Shown: one piece after another, positions 16,325-26,970 of the stretch
How the letters are laid out: every line of letters starts with the position of its first letter
Position numbering within the stretch: position 1 is the first letter of the stretch
Virus record (IMG/VR): IMGVR_UViG_3300013137_002967
Coordinates: 1 to 64,000 of that record
DNA: 64,000 nucleotides
DNA from: a virus
Strand: one strand, 5' to 3'
Position numbers and translations under genes: made by a program
Notes under the pieces: model-generated
Database searches by the model: none
Told to the model about the DNA's origin: nothing
What the model saw: the letters and a program-made list of their open reading frames with translations, nothing else

Positions 16325-18169
16325 TTATTCTTTCTTAAAAAAATATTTATCTAAAATTTTATTCAGTGTTTCTTCTTTAAATGGTTTAGTAATATAGTCT
16401 ATACAACCAGACTTCATTGCTAAATCTTTTTCTGTACTAAATGAATATGCGCTTTGTGCTACTATTGGAACATTTTTTATTTCTAAAATTTCAGGCACCA
16501 CTTCATACCCTAGTTTATCTGGTAATCTCATATCCATTAGTACCAATTTGATTTTATCTTTATAGAGCTTGAATTTATAAATTGCTTGTTTAGCATTTTC
16601 AGCATGAACGATAGAAATCTTTTTATTGGATAATATAACATTTAAATACAGAAATATATCCTCATTATCTTCAACAACTAGAACTAAATTTTCATCTTTT
16701 TGCATTTCTTCTAATGAAATTTTAATAGGCTTATATGGAATAGTAAAATAAAATGTCGAACCTTCTTCCATTTTAGATTCTACCCAGATTTTTCCACCCA
16801 TCATTTCTACGTGAGATTTAGAGATAGAAAGTCCAAGACCTGTACCTCCATATTTTTTAGATAAGCCTTCTTCTGCTTGACGAAATCTTTCAAAAATAAC
16901 TTCTAATTTATCTTCTGAAATACCAATACCTGAATCGCTAACATAAAATTGTAAGAATCCATCAACTAAGTCATATCCAATCTGTATATTTCCTTTGTGT
17001 GTAAATTTAATCGCATTGGTCATTAGATTAGTTAATATTTGTCTTAATTTGGACTCATCTGTTATAATAGTAGATTCATCATCAGTAAGAGTGGTATACA
17101 CAAATAAATTTTTATTATTATTAGGTGGCTTATTTAATGATACTTCTCTAATTACATCATTAACGCACACTTCAGAATTATATAATTCTACTTGTCCTAT
17201 TTCTATCTTTGATATATCTAAAACATCATTAATTATATCTAGTAAATGATTACCACTTGAATTAATTATAGATGTATATTTATTTTTTTCGGATTCAGTC
17301 AACTCTTTATTCATTATGAAATGAGAAAATCCAATTAGACTATTAAGAGGCGTTCTAATTTCGTGACTCATATTAGCGAGAAATGTAGTTTTTAGTTTAT
17401 CAGATTTTTCAGCCTTTTCTTTTGCATCTATTAATTCTTTTTCGACTTTTTTTCTTTCTGTTATATCAATACCGAACGAAACGAGTCCGATTACGTCAGA
17501 TTTACTATTATAGAGATTATTACTTTGCCATAATATGTCTCTAGTACCTCCATTTTTTGTAAAAATCGGATTTTCAAAAATTTTATCTTTACTATTATCT
17601 TTTAATTGACGATTAAATTCTTCCCACACATAAGGTATTTTATCAATAGGTGTCATAGTATCAAACCAGTTTTTACCTATTATTTCATCTTTAGTGTAGC
17701 CCGTTGTCTTTTCTGCAGCCTTATTAAAAATATTAACTATACCTTTTGTATCAACGCCTATTACAATCGCATTTGATGTTTCAATTAAATTTTCAGAGAA
17801 ATTTTTGGCATCCAAAAGTTCTGTTTCTATAATTTTTTTATCTGTGATATCTCTTATTATACCCATCACATAGGGTTTATTTTTAAGTATAAGAGTTGAA
17901 AGTGATATTAAGCCGGTGATTATATCATTTTTACCGTAAAATGATGTTTCATAATTTTCTATAAATTCTTTATCTTTAAAAAACTCTGATATTATTTCTA
18001 TATCTTTGTTATTAACCCAAAAATCTTCTGTTTTTAATTCATTTTTATCAGTAATAATACGTTTAAACGTCTCATTTGTTTCAATGATCTGTCCTTTTTC
18101 ATCAGCAATATAAATTGCTTCCGGTAAACTATTGAATAGGATTTTATACTTAATTTCAAGATTCTCCAC
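16325..18169 (-). CDS. hybrid sensor histidine kinase (PAS-PAS-HisKA-HATPase-REC)
   Basis: FLANMSHEIRTPLN H-box, NAIKFT, DSGIGI, GGTGLGL, receiver VVEDN...LMDMRLP...TKPF. Confidence 0.92.
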   Translation of the reverse strand: MENLEIKYKILFNSLPEAIYIADEKGQIIETNETFKRIITDKNELKTEDFWVNNKDIEIISEFFKDKEFIENYETSFYGKNDIITGLISLSTLILKNKPYVMGIIRDITDKKIIETELLDAKNFSENLIETSNAIVIGVDTKGIVNIFNKAAEKTTGYTKDEIIGKNWFDTMTPIDKIPYVWEEFNRQLKDNSKDKIFENPIFTKNGGTRDILWQSNNLYNSKSDVIGLVSFGIDITERKKVEKELIDAKEKAEKSDKLKTTFLANMSHEIRTPLNSLIGFSHFIMNKELTESEKNKYTSIINSSGNHLLDIINDVLDISKIEIGQVELYNSEVCVNDVIREVSLNKPPNNNKNLFVYTTLTDDESTIITDESKLRQILTNLMTNAIKFTHKGNIQIGYDLVDGFLQFYVSDSGIGISEDKLEVIFERFRQAEEGLSKKYGGTGLGLSISKSHVEMMGGKIWVESKMEEGSTFYFTIPYKPIKISLEEMQKDENLVLVVEDNEDIFLYLNVILSNKKISIVHAENAKQAIYKFKLYKDKIKLVLMDMRLPDKLGYEVVPEILEIKNVPIVAQSAYSFSTEKDLAMKSGCIDYITKPFKEETLNKILDKYFFKKE

Positions 18170-18204
18170 AATAAAAAAAGATTTTCTTATATATTAAATA
18201 TAAA

Positions 18205-18705
18205 TTAATTTTTTTTATCGTGATTCAAAGAATTTAATAATTTTTCAAGTTCTTTTGCAGTATCTATTGCAACATATATAAGTGTTATAACTTCAATCTT
18301 ATCTTGCTGAGTAAATGACACATTTACCAAAATTTCTTTAGCATATAAATCATTTATGATATGTTGAAGTCTGTCTATCTCATTTAATGTTTTTTCTCTT
18401 TCTTCATTTCTTTGCGTCATACTTTTACTTATCTCAAGTAAAAATTCTCTATTTCCTTTAATAAATAAAAAGAAAAATATATCATATTTTATATTTAATA
18501 TCTTATATTTAAACCAATCTCTACTGAGGAATCTAATTTTCTTATTAGAATATTTGATAAGTAATGTAGAAATAATATTCGCATAATATACGAATAAACT
18601 TTCAAATTCTTCATAATCCAACGAGGATAAATATTTTATGAATCCTCTACGGAACTTGTAATTGAGGCTTTTTTTTAGAATTATATTTAAACTATGAGTA
18701 ATCAT
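18205..18705 (-). CDS. hypothetical protein
   Basis: ORF only. Confidence 0.5.
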   Translation of the reverse strand: MITHSLNIILKKSLNYKFRRGFIKYLSSLDYEEFESLFVYYANIISTLLIKYSNKKIRFLSRDWFKYKILNIKYDIFFFLFIKGNREFLLEISKSMTQRNEEREKTLNEIDRLQHIINDLYAKEILVNVSFTQQDKIEVITLIYVAIDTAKELEKLLNSLNHDKKN

Positions 18706-18799
18706 ACAATTATATAATTTTTTTTATAATTAAATATATATTAATACTTTGAGTGTTAATTTGATTCTACTTTAAAGATACATATTTATTTTAAAATAA

Positions 18800-18831
18800 A
18801 AAAAGCGGATGAAAGATTTCATCCGCTTTTT
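18800..18831. terminator. bidirectional intrinsic terminator
   Basis: AAAAAGCGGATGAAA-GA-TTTCATCCGCTTTTT; similar hairpins near 36440, 45987, 48949, 51590, 58617. Confidence 0.8.
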
Positions 18832-18847
18832 TGAAAGATATATTGAG

Positions 18848-19456
18848 TTAGGATTTCCCACCCGTATTAAAATTTACTACTGGTGCTTTTTTTGCGCCTT
18901 CTTCAGCTTCAAAATAAGGTTTAGCATCAAATCCGAAGATATTTGCAATAATCACCTTCGGAAACTGCCTTCTAGATGTGTTATACTTCTGAGCAACCTC
19001 GTTGTACTTCTTCCTTTCAACAGCAATTCTATTTTCAGTTCCTTCTAACTGAGCCTGAAGATCCATGAAATTCTGATTAGCTTTTAATTCTGGATATTTT
19101 TCTACTACGACCATTAATTTACCAAGAGCCTGTGAAAGTCCACCTTGATTCTCCTGAAAAGATTTAATCTGTTCAGGTGTGAGATTTTCAGCATTAATAT
19201 TCATTGAAGTGGCTTTTGCACGTGCTTCAATAACCTCTGTTAATGTTGATTTTTCAAAATCCGCATAACCCTGAACGGTGTTTACTAAATTGGGAATAAG
19301 ATCTGTCCTTCTCTGATAGACATTTTCGACATTCCCCCAAGCTGCGGTTACTGGTTCCTGTTGACTAACCAGCGAATTATAAGAGGAAATGGCCCAACTT
19401 ACTCCAAAAAACAATGCTAAACCAAATGCGATAGCTACAATCCAACCTGTTTTCAT
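18848..19456 (-). CDS. lemA: LemA family protein
   Basis: N-terminal TM, YQRRxDLIPNLV, YPELKANQNF, LEGTENRIAVER. Confidence 0.93.
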   Translation of the reverse strand: MKTGWIVAIAFGLALFFGVSWAISSYNSLVSQQEPVTAAWGNVENVYQRRTDLIPNLVNTVQGYADFEKSTLTEVIEARAKATSMNINAENLTPEQIKSFQENQGGLSQALGKLMVVVEKYPELKANQNFMDLQAQLEGTENRIAVERKKYNEVAQKYNTSRRQFPKVIIANIFGFDAKPYFEAEEGAKKAPVVNFNTGGKS

Positions 19457-19496
19457 AATTTTTAATTTTAATTTGAATATTTGTTATTATTAATTT

Positions 19497-19751
19497 TTAT
19501 AAAAGTTTACTATTTATTTTTTTTAGTTTTTGTTTTCTTAATATAATTTCTTCTTCTTTTTCATCCACTACTTTGAAATTATTCCAGAAATATTCATAAT
19601 AATCATCATTAAATCTGATCAAACCTTTATTAGACTTCACATCAACACTAATATGTGTATTCAAGGTATGATGATTCCAAAAACCAGAATAACTATACAA
19701 TTTATTGTGAGTAAAATTCTTATTAGATTTACCAATATAAAGTAATTTCAT
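19497..19751 (-). CDS. hypothetical protein with C-terminal RxxKL tag
   Basis: Ends LRKQKLKKINSKLL. Confidence 0.55.
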   Translation of the reverse strand: MKLLYIGKSNKNFTHNKLYSYSGFWNHHTLNTHISVDVKSNKGLIRFNDDYYEYFWNNFKVVDEKEEEIILRKQKLKKINSKLL

Positions 19752-19754
19752 ATC

Positions 19755-20474
19755 TTACCATCTTGAGCTTGAACCACCACCACCAAATTTTCCACCTCCA
19801 AATCCACCACCTTTACCACCTTTACTACCAAGGACAATATAAAGAAGGAATAGAGCACCATCAGGCCAAACTACTAATAGAATAAGCCAACCAACAATAA
19901 TAAGTACCCAAACATACCAAGGTACATTTTTAATCATCCAAGCAAGAATACTTTCATCTTTTTTACTTTCTTTAATTAATTCTTCATTATGTTCTTCTGA
20001 ATAACCTTCTTTACCAATTCTTTCTTTACACGCATTTATAAAACTTACAATACCTTCATAATAATTGTTCATTGATAAATACTTGTTAGCAATACTATCT
20101 CCTGTGTGTTTAAGCCATCCATCAGGTAGATATCCTTCTAATCCATAACCAGTCTGAGAACGTAGAATTTTTTTATTCTTAGATAAGATTATCAAAAGTC
20201 CATTATCTACACCTTTTTTACCTACGCCCCAAGTTTCAGCCGTCTTCTGTGCCAAATCAAAAATATCACCGTCATAATCAGGTATAGTTAGTACAGCTAT
20301 TTCAATAGTTGTCTCTAACTCATAATCTGTCAACATTTTTGTTAATTCAGAATGTTGAGCTGGTGTAAATGCTTTTTCATAATCAGAAACATATCCCAAA
20401 TTTTTTGGAATCTCCTGACTAAATGTAAAATAACTTAATAGAAGCGAAGTAACAATAAGGAGAAGTTTTTTCAT
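19755..20474 (-). CDS. TPM-domain (YgcG-like) membrane protein
   Basis: Signal peptide, WGVGKKGVDNGLLI, TGYGLEGYLPD, TM, Gly-rich GGGxFGGGGSSSRW end. Confidence 0.88.
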   Translation of the reverse strand: MKKLLLIVTSLLLSYFTFSQEIPKNLGYVSDYEKAFTPAQHSELTKMLTDYELETTIEIAVLTIPDYDGDIFDLAQKTAETWGVGKKGVDNGLLIILSKNKKILRSQTGYGLEGYLPDGWLKHTGDSIANKYLSMNNYYEGIVSFINACKERIGKEGYSEEHNEELIKESKKDESILAWMIKNVPWYVWVLIIVGWLILLVVWPDGALFLLYIVLGSKGGKGGGFGGGKFGGGGSSSRW

Positions 20475-20521
20475 AGTTGTTGTTTTTATGAATACAAAGA
20501 TAGTGAAAAAAAAATTAATTT

Positions 20522-21091
20522 TTACAATTCAGTATTAAAAAAATGTTGAAAATCTTTTACACTCTCATAATTCTCTGTTTTTGATATTAAATAGTAATCA
20601 CCGTTATCACATGATATAGCATAGTATGTAGATTTACCATTATTATTCCAACCGGAGATAAATATTGTTATTTTACCATCAAAACTTTTATTTGCTAGTA
20701 CATTAACTTTATCATGAATTCTATTATAATAGGATTCTAATTCAGTACAATATTTAGTTTTTAAATCTTTTTCATTTTTCTGTTGTTTAGCATGTTTATC
20801 AAAAAATTCCTTAGCATACATCAAAGTTTTATAAACATTTATACCGAATTTAGGCTTGGTTGACGTCCTTCTTCTTTGAAGATTTTTAACGTATATACTA
20901 GATGAATATTTAATTATATGATAATTTTTATCATTATAGAATGAATTAGTTGGATTTTCAAAATACATTTTAACATGATATTTAAAATTTTCACATTCAT
21001 ATTCCCATACTAATCTTCCATAACCATCAGGTTGAATTTGTATTTTCTTTTTCTTTAGATATTCTATTAAATATTTTTTAGTAGTTTCCAT
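20522..21091 (-). CDS. hypothetical protein
   Basis: ORF only. Confidence 0.55.
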   Translation of the reverse strand: METTKKYLIEYLKKKKIQIQPDGYGRLVWEYECENFKYHVKMYFENPTNSFYNDKNYHIIKYSSSIYVKNLQRRRTSTKPKFGINVYKTLMYAKEFFDKHAKQQKNEKDLKTKYCTELESYYNRIHDKVNVLANKSFDGKITIFISGWNNNGKSTYYAISCDNGDYYLISKTENYESVKDFQHFFNTEL

Positions 21092-21722
21092 TTAGCAGTT
21101 CAATTTTTTTAAGTTTTTCACTTCTGATTATTTTAGAAATATTTTTAGAAACATAGTTTTCCTCTTTTCTATCGATTTTTAATCTATTATTCATTGCTGA
21201 ATAATTAAAATGAAACATTACAGAAAACTCTTTATCTATGTTAACACTAGTTACGATATTGAAAATCGGATTATCTTTAATTAGACCCAAATCATATCCA
21301 TATCCTGTTCTTCTTCTGTAAGTATCAGAAAGATTTATATCGAAATGAATTTTATCAAAATCTATTTCTAAATTATGATTAATTTTAAAATAAGATAATA
21401 TCAATTGCTTGATTTTATTGGTGACTTCATCTGTTTTTAAAATCAAATTATTTATTTTATTGATATTTTTTACTAATAGTCCAAATTTGGATAAAATTCT
21501 TTTTTTATCAGCTTTATCTCTGATAAACCCAATATTAATTTTTCCTATCTTAAAAAAATTAGGTTGATGAGAAAAGATAATTTTATTGAAAAGATAATTT
21601 ATACTAATATGATATCTATTACTACCAATAGTGTAGTAAATAGTATATTCATTAATATATTCAAAATGAGAATTTGAATATTTTTTGGATGATTTTAATG
21701 TATTAATATAATAATTATCCAT
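21078..21722 (-). CDS. hypothetical protein with C-terminal RxxKL tag
   Basis: Ends IRSEKLKKIELLNGNY. Confidence 0.55.
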   Translation of the reverse strand: MDNYYINTLKSSKKYSNSHFEYINEYTIYYTIGSNRYHISINYLFNKIIFSHQPNFFKIGKINIGFIRDKADKKRILSKFGLLVKNINKINNLILKTDEVTNKIKQLILSYFKINHNLEIDFDKIHFDINLSDTYRRRTGYGYDLGLIKDNPIFNIVTSVNIDKEFSVMFHFNYSAMNNRLKIDRKEENYVSKNISKIIRSEKLKKIELLNGNY

Positions 21723-21992
21723 TTATCTTCTCCATTCGTAAATTGAATTCTTTGTCTTAAATTTAATTTTTTCTTCTGTTTCTTCAATAATTTCAAGGAC
21801 TTCAGTAGTTAACCAATAATCTTGATTACTATAGCTTCTTGCTGTTACAGAACCAACTAACATATGACAACCCACAATTGGTTTATCTCCGACAACTTTA
21901 TAACTATTACCATCAAATTTAATAGCCTCTGAACGTGCGCCACCTTCCATAAAAGCTAATTGTCCTTCAATTTCTTTGAGTAATGTTGGCAT
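21723..21992 (-). CDS. hypothetical phage protein
   Basis: WLTT...FKTKNSIY; TATATTTG promoter at 22021. Confidence 0.6.
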   Translation of the reverse strand: MPTLLKEIEGQLAFMEGGARSEAIKFDGNSYKVVGDKPIVGCHMLVGSVTARSYSNQDYWLTTEVLEIIEETEEKIKFKTKNSIYEWRR

Positions 21993-22113
21993 AAATTTTA
22001 TTATGTTTATTTAATTTCTACAAATATAATTGATCTTTTTGAAATATCAAAATATTTTTTAGAAAAATTACACTTTATTATATTTATATATAATAGAAAA
22101 GATTAAAAATTAA

Positions 22114-22272
22114 ATGAATAGATCTGAATTTAAGACATTAAAAATTAATCCAGAGATACATAAAAAACTCAAAATTTATTGTGAGAAAAATGGATTGAAG
22201 CTCAACATATGGGCCGAAAGAGAATTATTAAAAATAATCAGTAGAATAAATGAAAAAGAAGTGGACATATGA
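22114..22272 (+). CDS. small ribbon-helix-helix-like DNA-binding protein (52 aa, not in ORF track)
   Basis: KTLKINPEIHKKLKIYCEKNGLKLNIWAERELL. Confidence 0.6.
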   Translation: MNRSEFKTLKINPEIHKKLKIYCEKNGLKLNIWAERELLKIISRINEKEVDI

Positions 22273-23449
22273 GAAATGTAAAGAAGAAATTTCCCAATAT
22301 AAAACAATATCTGAGTTTAAAAATAAATGGATATATAAAGTTATTTTAAAAAATGAATGGAAAAATTTACTAGATAATTTTTATAAAATAAAAATTGGAG
22401 GTTGGTCTTACGAAGAATGTAAAAATATATCTTCCAAATATTTAAAATGTTCAGATTTGTGCAAAGATTATCCTATGATTTACAAAATTATAAAAAATAA
22501 TAAGTGGGAAGAATTGTTGGAACATATGACATTTAAATATTGGACATATGATAGATGTTTGAAAGAATCATTAAAATATGAATTCAAGTCTGATTTTAAA
22601 TCAAAATCTTCAACTGCATATAACTCAATAATAAAAAATAAATGGATTGATATCATCGAGAATATGAGTAATAAAATTATGTATTGGACATATGATAAAT
22701 GTAAAGATTATTCTAAAGAGTTTGATAATATCAAAGATTATACAAAAAAATATCCAGGAGCAATTGATTCAATTTATAAACATAAATGGTTCGATATAAT
22801 TGAACCTATGAGAAAAGTTAAACCACGTGGCTATTGGACATATGAGAAATGTAAAGAGGTATCTGAAAAATACTATAATATTTCTGATTTTAGAAAAAAG
22901 AATGGTGGTGCTTATTATAATATAAGCAAGAATAATTGGTTTGAATTATTTAATCATATGAAAAAATTACCAACATTTTATAAAAGATTAATTTATGTTT
23001 ATGAATTTTCAGATAAATCATGTTATATTGGATTAACTTGTAATATAAATAGACGAAATAAGCAACACCTGAAAGATATTAAAAGTTCTGTTTATAGATA
23101 TATAAATAACAAAAAAATATATCCAATTTTGATTATAAAAAGTGATTATATTGATATTAAAGATGCTGTGAATTTGGAAAAAACTGAATTGATGTTATAT
23201 AAAAACAATGGTTGGAATATATTAAACAAAAATAAAACAGGTTCAATAGGTATGACCAAACTTTATTGGACCAAAGATAAATGTTTATCTGAAATACATA
23301 AATATAAAACACATTCTGAATTTAGAAAAAAATCACCTGGCGCATATAACTCAGCATTTAAAAATGGTTGGCTATATGAGTTACTAGAGAATAATATTGA
23401 TGGCTATATTAAAAGGACAAAAAACAATTCTACTCAGAAATCATATTAA
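22250..23449 (+). mobile_element. GIY-YIG endonuclease with tandem W(T/S)xxxC helical repeats
   Basis: Six W(T/S)xxxC-initiated repeats around IYVYEF...YIGLT...RR...H. Confidence 0.7.
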
Positions 23450-25448
23450 TAAAATCTTCCACAGATATTATTTTAATACCTAGTGATTTAGCTTTTATCA
23501 TTTTTGATGAATTACTATCAATATCTTTACATACTAAATGTGTTGTGTTTTTTGTAATGGAACTACCTACTTGTGCACCATTTTCAATTAAGAATTTTTC
23601 TTCATTTTTCATTCTAATTCCCGTAAAAACAAAAATCAATCCTGTCAAATCAATTTTTTTCATGTTATTATCATTATTTACAATTACTTCACTTTTAATT
23701 TTTTCTTCATTTGAAATTTTAATATTCAATTCTGACATAAAATTACTGAAACAAACAATACCATCAACAAAAGCTTCTGATGTTTTAGTTGACATTCCTT
23801 TGATTGTATTCAGTTTTTCTACAATTTCTCTGCGAAAATCCAAGTAGGAAAGAATATGAGAAATTGAAGCTAAATCCATATTTTCAATCGCTTTCTTGAA
23901 TGTTCCAAAATGAACACCATCACTAGTATTTTTAATACCATCAACAATCATTTTAAGTTTTCTTGAACCAATATTCTCAAAACAACCAGATGCATGTCCA
24001 ATAACATCAAAAGTTGCACTTTTAATTTTATTCTCAAATTCATTCAAAATTTTGGTTGCGGAAAGATTACCCATACCTTCAAGTTTCTGAATATCATTAG
24101 CACTCATTGATAAGATTTTACCAACGGTATCATAACCTGCATCATAGAATTTCTTAATTGTTTTCTCTGCAAATCCTTCAATATTAAACCGAACAAAGAA
24201 GAATGCTAATTTTTTGAAAGAAATTTCACAACAATCATCATTATTACAAACCAGATCAACTTCGTTTTCATTCCATTCAAGTGTTGAACCGCAACTAGGA
24301 CAAGTAGTTGGAAGTTCCAATTTACCAGATTTTACAACACCAATAATCTTCGGTATAACCCCACCTGATCGGATCACTCTTAAGATAGAACCTTCACCAA
24401 TTTGGTTATCTGCAATAAATTTAGCATTATAACCAGTTACTCTTGAAATAGTAACACCTTCAACATTAAAAGGTTCAAGAAGAACAACAGGTTTAATAGC
24501 TTTTGTTTTACTCAAATTCCATTCAATACCTACAAATGCTGGTTCGTTAATTTCAGACCAATCTGGATTTTTAAATGCTCTTGCATAGGCTGGATTGTTA
24601 TTTCTTTCACGACCTAGACTTTTTCTCAATTCTTTATCATCAATATCAAGAACAAGTCCATCAATATCATATTCTTTACCCCATTCAGAAAACAAATTAT
24701 TCAGTTCTTCAACATTTAAACGATCTGCACGGAAGATTTTATAAGGAACTTTTCCAAAATTATCCGAAATGAAATCAAGCTGTTCAGATTTATTTTTTGT
24801 AAAATCTTCACTTGCAAAACCATAACGAACATGATTTGCATATCTCAAATCATCAGAAATTGTATCTGAATTTTTAAGTCCAGCAATCATATTACGAGCA
24901 TTCTTAAACGCTTCTCCACTTTCTCTATAAAAAGTGCGACTTGCAAAAACTGATTTGGGAATAATCATTTCACCGATGGTGAAAATCTGGACTTTTTTGG
25001 CTTTATCACCAAGTTTTTTATAATGCTCATGAACCGTTTCACCTTCAATACCATCACCTCTTGACCAGGCAAGACCATTATATTCATCTTTGAGAATAGA
25101 AATACCATCATACTTTGCAGTACAGACAAGAACGGTTGAAAGTGGTAATCCTTTATTAATAAGCCACTTATGAATTTCTTCAATTGAACTTTCTTTATCC
25201 AGAGAGAACATTGGATATTTAAGAAGTTCTTTTCTATTTGAATTAACTTCAACTACTTCAATTACACCTGATTTGAAGAGTTCATTATTCGGATCAACAA
25301 ACCTAAAAGTTTCGATCAATTTATCGTATTCTTTATCTGAAATCAAAGGATTACCATCACGATATGCCTTATTGAATTTCTTAATTTCATTAGAAACAAT
25401 TTCCAATTCGTTATTGTTTAGTGCAGTATAGATTTCTGAAATCGTCAT
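23430..25448 (-). CDS. ligA: NAD-dependent DNA ligase
   Basis: KYDG adenylation motif, SRGDG, DIDGLV, RSGGVIP, Zn finger CPSCG...C, C-terminal BRCT. Confidence 0.93.
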   Translation of the reverse strand: MTISEIYTALNNNELEIVSNEIKKFNKAYRDGNPLISDKEYDKLIETFRFVDPNNELFKSGVIEVVEVNSNRKELLKYPMFSLDKESSIEEIHKWLINKGLPLSTVLVCTAKYDGISILKDEYNGLAWSRGDGIEGETVHEHYKKLGDKAKKVQIFTIGEMIIPKSVFASRTFYRESGEAFKNARNMIAGLKNSDTISDDLRYANHVRYGFASEDFTKNKSEQLDFISDNFGKVPYKIFRADRLNVEELNNLFSEWGKEYDIDGLVLDIDDKELRKSLGRERNNNPAYARAFKNPDWSEINEPAFVGIEWNLSKTKAIKPVVLLEPFNVEGVTISRVTGYNAKFIADNQIGEGSILRVIRSGGVIPKIIGVVKSGKLELPTTCPSCGSTLEWNENEVDLVCNNDDCCEISFKKLAFFFVRFNIEGFAEKTIKKFYDAGYDTVGKILSMSANDIQKLEGMGNLSATKILNEFENKIKSATFDVIGHASGCFENIGSRKLKMIVDGIKNTSDGVHFGTFKKAIENMDLASISHILSYLDFRREIVEKLNTIKGMSTKTSEAFVDGIVCFSNFMSELNIKISNEEKIKSEVIVNNDNNMKKIDLTGLIFVFTGIRMKNEEKFLIENGAQVGSSITKNTTHLVCKDIDSNSSKMIKAKSLGIKIISVEDFINMISE

Positions 25449-25492
25449 AATTTTATTTTTTAATAATACAAATTTAAGGAAATAATTCTACA

Positions 25493-25711
25493 TTACCTAA
25501 AAATAAGTTCACTTTCTTTACAAACTACCGATAAAGTTTTTTCTTCATTAATTACTTTATAGTAATTAACTCCACCGACATTATATCTACTTAAAACAAT
25601 ACCGTTTTTAATAGTGTTGCTTTTTGTACATAACACTAGATCATTCGGATGAAATCTGAAATGATTAATATTTCTTTCTGTGGTATTGAATATTTTTCTT
25701 TTACCTAACAT
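25493..25711 (-). CDS. hypothetical protein
   Basis: ORF only. Confidence 0.5.
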   Translation of the reverse strand: MLGKRKIFNTTERNINHFRFHPNDLVLCTKSNTIKNGIVLSRYNVGGVNYYKVINEEKTLSVVCKESELIFR

Positions 25712-26024
25712 TATCTAAGTTTTTTAGTTTTTTCATTCTTACATAATTTTCAATAATTTTAAAATCAATTGCATCAAGAAAATTATAATTTAATAAAGTA
25801 CTTGGTTCGGTATAATAATCCCATCCATCTTCCCAATCTTTCAATTTAACATTTCTTACTTCACTAACATCTAAATATTTACAATCTGGTAAAAGATAGT
25901 ATATGCAATTATTTGCAATGTTTACTAGTATAATTTTTTCACCGATATAGCTACTATCACCTGTAATTGATGTTCGTTGAATACGAGTTATAATATCACC
26001 TATTTTAAATTGCTGTATTTTCAT
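25701..26024 (-). CDS. hypothetical protein with C-terminal RxxKL tag
   Basis: Ends VRMKKLKNLDNVR; TATCTTTG promoter at 26046. Confidence 0.6.
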   Translation of the reverse strand: MKIQQFKIGDIITRIQRTSITGDSSYIGEKIILVNIANNCIYYLLPDCKYLDVSEVRNVKLKDWEDGWDYYTEPSTLLNYNFLDAIDFKIIENYVRMKKLKNLDNVR

Positions 26025-26084
26025 GAGAATTTATTTACTATCTTGCAAAGATAGTAAATAATTTTTAAAATGTCAAAAATTTAG

Positions 26085-26942
26085 TTAAATTTTAGTTTTA
26101 ACTCCACCTTTAATTTTAGGATCTGAAGTATCAAAAACATAGAAGTTTTCTGGGAAATCTAACGATTTTTCCATTCCCATAAATAATTCTTTTGCAGCTT
26201 TTGAAAAATTAATATCATCGTCTGAGAAACCTACTTTTAATGGAAGTTTTGTTCTTTTAGCAAAATTTCTTACAAAATTGACAAATTTATTGATAGCATC
26301 TTGTTTACCTTGGTTTAGTTTTGGTCCAGCTGGACTATAACCAAATTCACTTTGAAAAGCTTTTGAAAACATTCCGATAAAGTAGCATTCGTTTAAATAT
26401 TGAGTTATTAAATCATCTGTCTGAATATTAAACATTTGGTTGAAATTAATCAAATTTTGTTTCATTTCTTCCTGCTCTTCTGGTGTTAATACATTTTCTA
26501 TAATATATCTAACTGCACTACGAAGAGTTGATGGTTCATGTCCTCTTGTAGTTACAATTGCAAATAATCTACCGTCTTTAAGAGTTTTAATAAATTGATC
26601 CCAAGATGGTCCAAATTTTTTATCCTTTATTGTATTTTTAACATCTTCAAGAAATGCATTCTCACCTCTTGGACCAAAATCTCTAAATTCTATAAATGAA
26701 TAATTTATATCACCTTTCCATTCAGCATTATCCATATAATTGGTTGGATATTTTTTTCTTATTTGTGCAAATTCACTAGGATATATGTCAACATTTACCC
26801 ATTTACCATTTTCAAAATGTTGAAAATGTAATGGTGTTTCCATAATAAGTATATTGTCATCCCAATCAAAAATTGAATAAACCAACTCTTGAACATTAAC
26901 ATATTCAAATAAAAAATCTTTCCATTTTCTAATTCTTTTCAT
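26085..26942 (-). CDS. HAD-like phosphatase with CTS-like N-terminus
   Basis: FDWDDNI, IVTTRGH, K, GFSDDD motifs. Confidence 0.7.
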   Translation of the reverse strand: MKRIRKWKDFLFEYVNVQELVYSIFDWDDNILIMETPLHFQHFENGKWVNVDIYPSEFAQIRKKYPTNYMDNAEWKGDINYSFIEFRDFGPRGENAFLEDVKNTIKDKKFGPSWDQFIKTLKDGRLFAIVTTRGHEPSTLRSAVRYIIENVLTPEEQEEMKQNLINFNQMFNIQTDDLITQYLNECYFIGMFSKAFQSEFGYSPAGPKLNQGKQDAINKFVNFVRNFAKRTKLPLKVGFSDDDINFSKAAKELFMGMEKSLDFPENFYVFDTSDPKIKGGVKTKI

Positions 26943-26970
26943 CTGAGAATTTTTCTATTATATATTAAAT

